NCBI GenBank assembly: GCA_964654405.1
Contig: CAZZJJ010000001.1
Span: 1 to 39,862 of the forward strand
Direction of reading: 5' to 3'
Origin: an uncultured Treponemataceae bacterium
GTDB taxonomy: Bacteria; Spirochaetota; Spirochaetia; Treponematales; Rectinemataceae
Length of the DNA: 39,862 nt
A program made the position numbers and the translations under genes. Shown here piece after piece: positions 25,266-32,717 of the stretch. Below the pieces are notes generated by a model. The model was given only the letters and a program-made list of their open reading frames with translations. It did no database searches and was not told the origin of the DNA. Every line of letters begins with the position of its first letter. Positions within the stretch are counted from its first letter, which is position 1.

Positions 25266-26333
25266 ATGGAGACAGAGACTGTCAAAGTTGGTTCGGTCAT
25301 GATGGGCGGCAGCTGGCCGGTCAGCATTCAGACAATGTGGAAAGAACCTTTGCCCGCGTTTTCCGGAACATCGGATCCCCGGCTTGCGGAAACGGCTGCG
25401 CGAATCAAGCAGCTTCATGAAATTGGATGCGACATCCTTCGGTTCGCCATTCCTGATGAGCGGAGTGTCGAATCTCTTGGTTTGCTTGCTGCAATGAGTC
25501 CAATCCCGCTTGTTGCGGACATCCATTTTGACTGGCGTCTGGCTCTTAAATGCCTTGATTTCCCGATTGCAAAAATCCGTATCAATCCGGGAAACATCGG
25601 GGCGCGGTGGAAAGTAGAAGAAGTTGTCAGAAAAGCGAAGGACAAAGATGTCCCAATTCGAATAGGTGTAAACGCAGGCTCTCTGCCGGAAGATCTGCGT
25701 TCCAATAAGGATACGGCCCATGCCTGCATACTCGCCGCAGAACGAGAAATCGAGGTTCTTGAAGAGCTCGATTACCACACGATTGTCGTTTCCATGAAAC
25801 TGAATGAACCCGCCGAAGTTCTCAAAGCCAACCGGGAATTTGCCTCGAGATTCTCCTATCCTCTCCACCTGGGAGTAACGGAAGCCGGACCCCTCATCAG
25901 CGGCATCATCAGGAATACCGCGGCACTGGTGCCGCTTCTGCAAGAGAAAATTGGAGCGACCATCAGGGTTTCACTGTCTGACAGCATGGAAGCGGAAATC
26001 CTGGCTGGAAGGGAAATTCTAGCGTGCGCAGGAGCACGGAATGCAGGCGCTCGGATTGTTTCCTGCCCGCGATGCGGACGAGCCAGCTTTGACACGCATG
26101 CCTTTATTGATAGATGGAGTGAACGCCTCTACCGAATACAAAAACCAATCACGATCGCTGTCATGGGCTGTGTCGTGAATGGGCCGGGTGAAGCAAAAAA
26201 CGCAGATATCGGCATTACCGGGGCAGGGGATTATGTGCTTATTTTCAGAAAAGACCGAGAGCCTCAAAAAATAAAGCCTGCGGAAGCCGACTCGGCATTC
26301 TCACAGGCTCTTGAAGAAATAATAAACGAGTAA
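25266..26333 (+). CDS. ispG: 4-hydroxy-3-methylbut-2-en-1-yl diphosphate synthase (IspG/GcpE)
   Basis: KIRINPGNIG, RIGVNAGSL, CPRCGR and MGCVVNGPGE (Fe-S cysteines). ATG 25266 is preferred over the TTG at 25233. Confidence 0.9.
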   Translation: METETVKVGSVMMGGSWPVSIQTMWKEPLPAFSGTSDPRLAETAARIKQLHEIGCDILRFAIPDERSVESLGLLAAMSPIPLVADIHFDWRLALKCLDFPIAKIRINPGNIGARWKVEEVVRKAKDKDVPIRIGVNAGSLPEDLRSNKDTAHACILAAEREIEVLEELDYHTIVVSMKLNEPAEVLKANREFASRFSYPLHLGVTEAGPLISGIIRNTAALVPLLQEKIGATIRVSLSDSMEAEILAGREILACAGARNAGARIVSCPRCGRASFDTHAFIDRWSERLYRIQKPITIAVMGCVVNGPGEAKNADIGITGAGDYVLIFRKDREPQKIKPAEADSAFSQALEEIINE

Positions 26334-26346
26334 CGCAATCGGAATT

Positions 26347-26703
26347 TTAAACCGGAGAAGTCGGTGTCTGCCGCTCATCCTCGTGGCCTGTTGCTGAATC
26401 TTCGATATTGCAAATGATGGATTCAACCAGTGATTTAATAAACGGATCTTTAATGGAATAGACACGGCGAGTTTTGACGACTTCCGAAGCGACGATGCCG
26501 GTTTTTTTCAGGATGGCCAGATGTTGTGATACGACTGGCTGCGGCTGGTTGAGACAGCGCCAGATATCTCCGACACAGGGAACATCCTGGTGCGCAATGA
26601 GACAGAGAATTTTAAGACGGACCGGATGACCTATGGCTTTGAATTTGGAAGCGTATGGCTCAAGATAACTTTCATCACAGGGGGAATTTAAATCACTGCT
26701 CAT
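26347..26703 (-). CDS. ArsR/SmtB family winged-helix transcriptional regulator
   Basis: HPVRLKILCLIA...VGDIWRCLNQPQPVVSQHLAILKKTGIV matches the ArsR HTH core. No obvious SD. Confidence 0.85.
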   Translation of the reverse strand: MSSDLNSPCDESYLEPYASKFKAIGHPVRLKILCLIAHQDVPCVGDIWRCLNQPQPVVSQHLAILKKTGIVASEVVKTRRVYSIKDPFIKSLVESIICNIEDSATGHEDERQTPTSPV

Positions 26704-26748
26704 AAAAGAAAAATATCATGATTCGATAAAAATAGCAACATAAAAAAA

Positions 26749-26760
26749 TGCATATATGCA
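26749..26760. promoter_or_regulatory. Perfect 12-bp palindrome TGCATATATGCA upstream of the ArsR-family gene (candidate operator)
   Basis: Exact self-complementary 12-mer in an AT-rich 87-bp spacer, about 45 bp upstream of the regulator start codon. Confidence 0.35.
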
Positions 26761-26790
26761 AAAAAAATTTAAGTTTTCAGCAATATAGTA

Positions 26791-27177
26791 TCATTCAGTG
26801 TCAGACACGGAGATATGCTTCGCTTGTGACGCCTGATCAAGACATGCACGGAACATGTTTTTATCAATTGAGCCAGTATATTCGAGCCAGGACATCTTGA
26901 GTTCTTTGAATTGTCTGAAGTTTTGCGGACAGGATGATGATGCGAGAATGACGGTCGTACCTGTCATCCCCAGCATCGAGATTTCTGCTGAGAGAACCTG
27001 CCAGTGAAGAGGAAAGTCCCGCCCATTGACGATAACGAGATCAGGAGCGAGCTCTGCGATATTGTCCGAAAGCTTAACCGGATCTCGGTAGCGAATGAGG
27101 TCATAGCCCTGCAATCGGAGCCGATGGCTCAATTGGCGGGAAAATGCATCATCATCGGCAACTAGAACGGCTATCAT
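26791..27177 (-). CDS. Stand-alone receiver (REC)-like domain protein lacking the phospho-acceptor Asp (pseudo-receiver)
   Basis: VLVADDDAFSR and APDLVIVNGRDFP align by eye with REC motifs (acidic pocket, then PDLxxxD). Codon 51 (27025-27027) is AAT, Asn. AAGGA RBS. Confidence 0.7.
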   Translation of the reverse strand: MIAVLVADDDAFSRQLSHRLRLQGYDLIRYRDPVKLSDNIAELAPDLVIVNGRDFPLHWQVLSAEISMLGMTGTTVILASSSCPQNFRQFKELKMSWLEYTGSIDKNMFRACLDQASQAKHISVSDTE

Positions 27178-27248
27178 TTTTAAAATCCTTACTGGAACAA
27201 AACCTGTGAGCCCGATATACTGAGCTGAGCAACGCAGGAAAGCATACG

Positions 27249-30200
27249 ATGAATAAAAAAGAACCGCAAGTACTTCTTGATTTTCTCAGACACTACGAAC
27301 CCTATACCGCACTCCGTCGTTTGCTTGAAAATGGCGAGAAAACCATAGATATAAAAGAAGCGGAACTGTCATTTCTCGCGATGATGGCTGCAGCGCTTCA
27401 CCGTTTTGAAAAAAAAAGACTTTGTGTCGTGGTTCCTACTGACCAGGATGCAGAAAACTTTATCCGTGATACTGGTTTTTTTGGTGCAAAAGCTGATGTG
27501 TTGCCCTGGTGGAAGACCGGGGCGTATCGCTCGGTATCGGTTCGGTCGCGCATATTCGGCGAACGTGTCAGGACACTAGCAGATCTACTGCATGGCAAGG
27601 CTTCTCTGGTTATCGCCAGCGCTCGCGCTTATATGACGCCGGTTCCTCCGCGCGACTATCTGCGTGAAAAACTCCTTGTTTTCAACCGCTTATCCAGATT
27701 CGATCCAGAGCGTATAGCAGACCGTCTTTCGCAGTATGGCTACCTGCGGGTTCCCCGTGTCAGCCTTCCTGGAGAATACGCCCTGCGCGGTGAAGTTCTG
27801 GATATTTTCATGCCTGGCGACAATACCGCGTTCAGAATCCAGTTTGAATTCGATATGATTGAAAAAATTACTGCATTTGATCCCATCACCCAGACTGCTT
27901 CGGGAAAATTGGATTCGATTCTTCTCCGCCCCATTAAAGAAGTCATGTGGGAACCTGAAACACTCAAAAGTGTTCAAGAGAAGGGCTCAGGTTATCCGCA
28001 ATGCAGGGAAAGGATGAATATCCTTGCGGATTCATTACAGCGTCAGGAAGATGGAAAGGCTGAAGAATACTGGTTTGGATCAGCGTTTGATTCTCCACAC
28101 TCGGTTGCTGAATATTTTGACTCGGACACAATAATCCTGTTTGCAAACATTGAACGGATTCTCGCCCAGCAGGAATCGGCAAGAAAAGAATATGCAGGCA
28201 TGTACCGGCAGGCTTTGAGATATGGAGCCGTGCCCCCGCCTGAGCGATGCCTTGTCGAATTCGGAACGGATTTTGACGGAATTCATACTATTGTACGAAG
28301 CTTTGCCCTGAAAGATGAAACGCAGATGGAAAGGCTGTCACTCGGTTCCGAGCCAGGGCATTCGTATTTTGGCAATATTGCCTATTTAAAAGAAGATATT
28401 TCGAATTTTGAAAAGGCGGGGTATCGCCAATATGTTGCGGCAGGAACCGATATCCAAGCCCAGCGCCTTGCAAGCCTCATCAGCAATGAAAACTGTGCTT
28501 TTCTGATTGGAGATCTTTCTGCGGGTTTTACTATTCCAGGCTTAAAATTGCGGGTTATCCAGGAACAGGAGATCTTTGGAAGAAAAAAAAGGACTCCCAA
28601 AAGCCTTGCCGCATCTCAGAGCAGCGCTATCGAGAATTTTGTCGAACTGGCACCGGGGGATTTTATTGTCCATGTCAATTACGGCATCGGCAAGTTTCTG
28701 AGCATCGAGCGGATGAAGGTGCTTGGCAACGAGCGGGATTATATAAAAATCGCCTATGCCGATGCGGAAACAGTGTTTGTACCAATAGAACAGGCAAATC
28801 TTGTCCAGCGATATATCGGTAATGAAGGTGAAGCTCCGCGTCTTGATTCCCTTGGCTCAAAGTCCTGGGAAAACAGAAAGAAAAAAGTTAGGAAAAGCGT
28901 CGAAGAACTGGCTGAACGCCTCATACGAATTTATGCCCGGAGGAAAGCGGCGAGAGGCTACGCCTTCCCGCGGGACAATGAATGGCAGACTGCTTTTGAA
29001 GCTTCTTTTCCCTACGATGAAACTATCGATCAGCTTCGATGCATTGATGAAATCAAAAAGGATATGGAATCTCCCCGGCCCATGGACAGGCTCGTGTGCG
29101 GCGATGTGGGGTATGGGAAAACGGAGATTGCCCTCCGCGCCTGTTTTAAGGCTATTGCGGCAGGCAAGCAAGTGGCTTTTCTGGCACCTACGACAATCCT
29201 TGCTGAGCAGCATTATGAGAATTTCAAAGAGCGGATCGAGCAGTATCCAGTGACGACAGCCATGTTATCCCGTCTCGTAGCGCCAAAGGTGCAGAAGAAA
29301 GTACTGAAAGGCCTTGCTGACGGCAGCATCGATATGGTAGTGGGAACACATAGAATTCTGCAGAAAGATGTTGTTTTCAAGGATCTCGGTTTGCTCGTCA
29401 TCGACGAGGAGCAGCGCTTCGGCGTCAAAGACAAGGAACGCCTCAAGGAGATGAAGGCGGGGATAGACTGCCTGACTCTAACCGCGACACCGATTCCCCG
29501 CACCCTGCACATGTCCTTGCTGAAAATCCGCGACATGTCCATTTTGCAGACACCTCCCGCTGAACGTCAGCCTATTGAAACCTTTGTAGAAGAGTACAAG
29601 CCAGAAGTTGTTGCGCGTGCTATCAGGAATGAAATAGAACGAGGCGGACAGGTCTTCTATCTTCATAATCGGATAGAAAGCCTTCAGGAGGTGGAGGCTT
29701 TTTTAAGAACAATTGTTCCTGAAGTGCTCACCGAGTCGGCTCATGGGCAGATGGAGCCGCGGGAGCTTGAAGACATCATGCACCGGTTTATCCATGGTGC
29801 GTTCCATGTCCTTGTTTCGACAACAATTATTGAGAATGGCATCGATATACCTAATGTCAACACCATTATCATCGACAGGGCGGATATGTATGGCGTATCC
29901 CAGCTCTACCAGCTGCGAGGCAGAGTCGGACGCTCTGACAGGCAGGCGTATGCCTATCTTCTCTATCCGGATAAGCGCGCTTTAACCGAAATAGCAATGA
30001 AACGGCTGCAGATCATCTCAGACTTCACGGAACTGGGTTCCGGTTTCAAGATTGCCATGAAAGATCTCGAAGTGCGAGGTGCCGGCAACCTGCTTGGCCG
30101 TGAGCAGTCAGGCGATATCTATTCCGTAGGCTTTGATATGTACTTAAAACTGCTGGATGACGCGGTCAACGCGCTTTCAGGCTTTGAACCTGAAGAAGAG

Positions 30201-30635
30201 CCATATCTGGAACTTGAATATTCTGGCTTCATTCCAGAAGACTATATCAATCAGCCGATGCTGAAAATGGAAATTTACAAGAAAATAGCTTCAGTCAGCC
30301 GTCAGCATGAACTTGATGCCTTGCAGGAAGAAATGGAAAACCGCTTCGGGCCGATGCCTGAGGAAGTGCAGTCCTTGCTGTCCCTTGCTGAGATCAGAGT
30401 TATATGCAGAAAGTTGTCAGTTGCCTCTTTGCGTGAAAAGAAGGGTATGGTTCATGTCGAATTCTCCAAGGTTTCCAAGATTTCAGTCGAACGGCTGGTC
30501 CGTCTCATTAAGGAATCCAATGGACGGATTCGCCTCGATCCTGAAAAACCCAATGCGATAATCCTGATGACTAAGGCAATCGGATTGCGGGAAAAGAGCG
30601 AATTTATCCGAGAGCGCCTTGCATCATTGCTATAA
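27249..30635 (+). CDS. mfd: Transcription-repair coupling factor Mfd
   Basis: 1128 aa. UvrB-homology N-terminus, RNAP-interaction region (GDFIVHVNYGIGKF), helicase motifs GDVGYGKTE and DEEQRFG, TRG motif region. Confidence 0.95.
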   Translation: MNKKEPQVLLDFLRHYEPYTALRRLLENGEKTIDIKEAELSFLAMMAAALHRFEKKRLCVVVPTDQDAENFIRDTGFFGAKADVLPWWKTGAYRSVSVRSRIFGERVRTLADLLHGKASLVIASARAYMTPVPPRDYLREKLLVFNRLSRFDPERIADRLSQYGYLRVPRVSLPGEYALRGEVLDIFMPGDNTAFRIQFEFDMIEKITAFDPITQTASGKLDSILLRPIKEVMWEPETLKSVQEKGSGYPQCRERMNILADSLQRQEDGKAEEYWFGSAFDSPHSVAEYFDSDTIILFANIERILAQQESARKEYAGMYRQALRYGAVPPPERCLVEFGTDFDGIHTIVRSFALKDETQMERLSLGSEPGHSYFGNIAYLKEDISNFEKAGYRQYVAAGTDIQAQRLASLISNENCAFLIGDLSAGFTIPGLKLRVIQEQEIFGRKKRTPKSLAASQSSAIENFVELAPGDFIVHVNYGIGKFLSIERMKVLGNERDYIKIAYADAETVFVPIEQANLVQRYIGNEGEAPRLDSLGSKSWENRKKKVRKSVEELAERLIRIYARRKAARGYAFPRDNEWQTAFEASFPYDETIDQLRCIDEIKKDMESPRPMDRLVCGDVGYGKTEIALRACFKAIAAGKQVAFLAPTTILAEQHYENFKERIEQYPVTTAMLSRLVAPKVQKKVLKGLADGSIDMVVGTHRILQKDVVFKDLGLLVIDEEQRFGVKDKERLKEMKAGIDCLTLTATPIPRTLHMSLLKIRDMSILQTPPAERQPIETFVEEYKPEVVARAIRNEIERGGQVFYLHNRIESLQEVEAFLRTIVPEVLTESAHGQMEPRELEDIMHRFIHGAFHVLVSTTIIENGIDIPNVNTIIIDRADMYGVSQLYQLRGRVGRSDRQAYAYLLYPDKRALTEIAMKRLQIISDFTELGSGFKIAMKDLEVRGAGNLLGREQSGDIYSVGFDMYLKLLDDAVNALSGFEPEEEPYLELEYSGFIPEDYINQPMLKMEIYKKIASVSRQHELDALQEEMENRFGPMPEEVQSLLSLAEIRVICRKLSVASLREKKGMVHVEFSKVSKISVERLVRLIKESNGRIRLDPEKPNAIILMTKAIGLREKSEFIRERLASLL

Positions 30636-30638
30636 GAT

Positions 30639-31406
30639 TCAGACGGTGTTTACCGGCTTTATGGTGGCGGGATAACCGATGACGAAAACCGCCGGTACCT
30701 TTGCCGGCATGGTGACTGTAAACGTTTTCCACTGGTCAACCGACTGGCTGATGATAAGCTGTTCAGAAGTGTCAAGGTTGGCTGCAAAGCAAAAATGCAT
30801 ATCTCCGGGCAGAAAGCGCAAAAGATCCTGAATCAGGGCGCGATTTCGGTATGGTGTTTCAATAAAGAGTCGGGTTATTCGATCTTTTGCTGTATCCTGA
30901 CCAATACGGCGGATTACATGCTTTCGCTGTACTGATTCCTGAGGAAGATACCCTAAAAAGCTGAACCGCTGCGCGTCAAGTCCAGAGGCAATAAGCGCTA
31001 AAATAATCGAGGATGGTCCGGAAATCGGTACGACGGTGATATTCTTTTTATGTGCTGCAGCTGTGAGGGCTGCTCCGGGATCAGCGATGCACGGAAGTCC
31101 TGCTTCTGAAAAAAAGCCTGCATCTTCGCCGTTTTCTAAAAGCCTGATAAAATTGAAAATATCCTCTTCCTTGCTATGCTCATCGAGTATGTTGATTGAC
31201 AGGCTGGCAAGATCCTCATTTGGTCTGATCGCTGACAGAAGCCGGTACGCAGTCTTTGAGGATTCAGTGATGAACGTGGATAATCTTCGATATTCAAAAA
31301 GCGCGCGGGCAGGAAGCGAAGATTCGAGGTTGGCCAGCGTCCAGGCATCTCTGCTGTATGGCTGAAGCGGTGCGGGAAGAAGCAAGAGTTTTCCTTTTGC
31401 GCTCAC
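30639..31406 (-). CDS. Tetrapyrrole-methylase-fold SAM-dependent methyltransferase (RsmI/YraL-like)
   Basis: FFSEAGLPCIADPGAALTAAAHKKNITVVPISGPSSIILALIASGL..RFSFLGYLP parallels the RsmI core. GTG start in a GTGA overlap with the upstream stop. Confidence 0.7.
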   Translation of the reverse strand: MSAKGKLLLLPAPLQPYSRDAWTLANLESSLPARALFEYRRLSTFITESSKTAYRLLSAIRPNEDLASLSINILDEHSKEEDIFNFIRLLENGEDAGFFSEAGLPCIADPGAALTAAAHKKNITVVPISGPSSIILALIASGLDAQRFSFLGYLPQESVQRKHVIRRIGQDTAKDRITRLFIETPYRNRALIQDLLRFLPGDMHFCFAANLDTSEQLIISQSVDQWKTFTVTMPAKVPAVFVIGYPATIKPVNTV

Positions 31407-32239
31407 ATGCTTGCTCCAAACAAGGTTTCGAATGCGTCGGTTACCAGAGATGAGAAAATGGCCGGTTTTAAAAAACCGCTGCGAGAAAATTCGCGGATAT
31501 ATTCCTGGCGCGCAAAAGCCAACTCTCTGGAATTATTGGTGATTTTCTTGGCAAACAGGGATAGCTCGACTTCCTGCAATCTGAACACCCTGGTGCCGGA
31601 AAAAACAAGCCGGAAACTCTCAATTTTATTCTGCTGGATCTCTGCCATGCAGACAAAGACCGCCGACTCATGATGTGGAAAGCCCTGGCCGCCGATTTTT
31701 CTATAAAAAACATTGCTATATTCGACAAGCGGGATTCTCACCCTAGTCAGTATACTTTTTTCTGGGAAAAAAGGTTTGCTGCTGCTATCAGCCAGATAAA
31801 ATAGGTTAGCCCAATGCGAGTTTGTTCGATTCCTTATTTCTACCTGAGCGTCCATGCAGACAAGAAAAGGCCAAAGATCCATGAATTGCCGTCTTGAGGC
31901 CAGGTTCCCGCCTAAAGTCGCAATGTTTCTGATTGTAGGGTTGCCAATAGATTGGATAGCTTGTGCAAGAGGGTGGGGCAGAATTCCCGGTCCGAGCGAA
32001 AGAAGACCTGTTAAGCTGGTACAGCTTCCAAACTCCATAAATTGCTCTGTTCTGGTGGTTTTTTTTAGTTCGGGAATTTTAGCGATGCAAGCGATTGATT
32101 GAGGAAACTGAAGAAAACGCGACACCTGGGCTCCAGCGATTTCTGTTCCGCCAGCCAGCAGAATTGTCTCCGGCTGTTCATCAAGCAGAGCCAGCGCGTC
32201 ATTTACCGAAGCGGGATAATGGATTTCACTTATCAGCAC
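31403..32239 (-). CDS. Xanthine-dehydrogenase-family FAD-binding subunit (CoxM/XdhB-like)
   Basis: YPASVNDALALLDEQPETILLAGGTEI and IRNIATLGGNLAS match the FAD_binding_5 pattern. GTG start after GGAGG. Confidence 0.8.
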   Translation of the reverse strand: MLISEIHYPASVNDALALLDEQPETILLAGGTEIAGAQVSRFLQFPQSIACIAKIPELKKTTRTEQFMEFGSCTSLTGLLSLGPGILPHPLAQAIQSIGNPTIRNIATLGGNLASRRQFMDLWPFLVCMDAQVEIRNRTNSHWANLFYLADSSSKPFFPEKSILTRVRIPLVEYSNVFYRKIGGQGFPHHESAVFVCMAEIQQNKIESFRLVFSGTRVFRLQEVELSLFAKKITNNSRELAFARQEYIREFSRSGFLKPAIFSSLVTDAFETLFGASM

Positions 32240-32717
32240 GATGGTATTTCCTCCGATTTTTCAAATCGGCAGCGAGAAAAACCGCTTTTTTGAGACTGAC
32301 GGGGTCAGTGCATGAGCAGGAAACAACTGACAGACTCTCTTCGATCTGGCTTTCGTTGGGGAGCGCAATACGATTGAGCAAATCCCAGATGACAAGAGTT
32401 TTGGCGTTTTTGCAGAAATTGCAGGGATGACAGTGGGCTTCCTGGAAACCTTTTTGGATATCGCGGATATCATCGGAATCGGACAAACCTTCTATAGTCG
32501 TGATTTCAGCGTCACGGGCACGGAATGCAGGAACCAGACAGGAGTAAACGAGGCGTTTGTCCATAATAACGAGGCACTTTCCGCAATGCCCCGAAAGACA
32601 ATCCGGAATAAGGCTTTTAATAGGCGGATGTTCCTGTGTTAAAATGGTGGAAAGGCGGTCCCCGCTTCGGATTTTTACGTTTTTTGTTATGCCATTCAAT
32701 TGGAAAGTAATAGTCAT
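32226..32717 (-). CDS. Xanthine-dehydrogenase-family [2Fe-2S] subunit (CoxS-like)
   Basis: CLSGHCGKC...SC (plant-type cluster motif) and CHPC...CSC (second cluster). Start set at MTITF (ATG 32717), preceded by GGGAGG and forming an ATGA overlap with the large-subunit stop. Confidence 0.85.
   Translation of the reverse strand: MTITFQLNGITKNVKIRSGDRLSTILTQEHPPIKSLIPDCLSGHCGKCLVIMDKRLVYSCLVPAFRARDAEITTIEGLSDSDDIRDIQKGFQEAHCHPCNFCKNAKTLVIWDLLNRIALPNESQIEESLSVVSCSCTDPVSLKKAVFLAADLKNRRKYHRADK

Noticed and set aside
25032-25943. 303-aa minus-strand ORF antisense to the ntpK 3' end, the spacer and ispG
   Set aside because: It crosses an intergenic region and two well-supported plus-strand genes and has no motif support. 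Shadow ORF.
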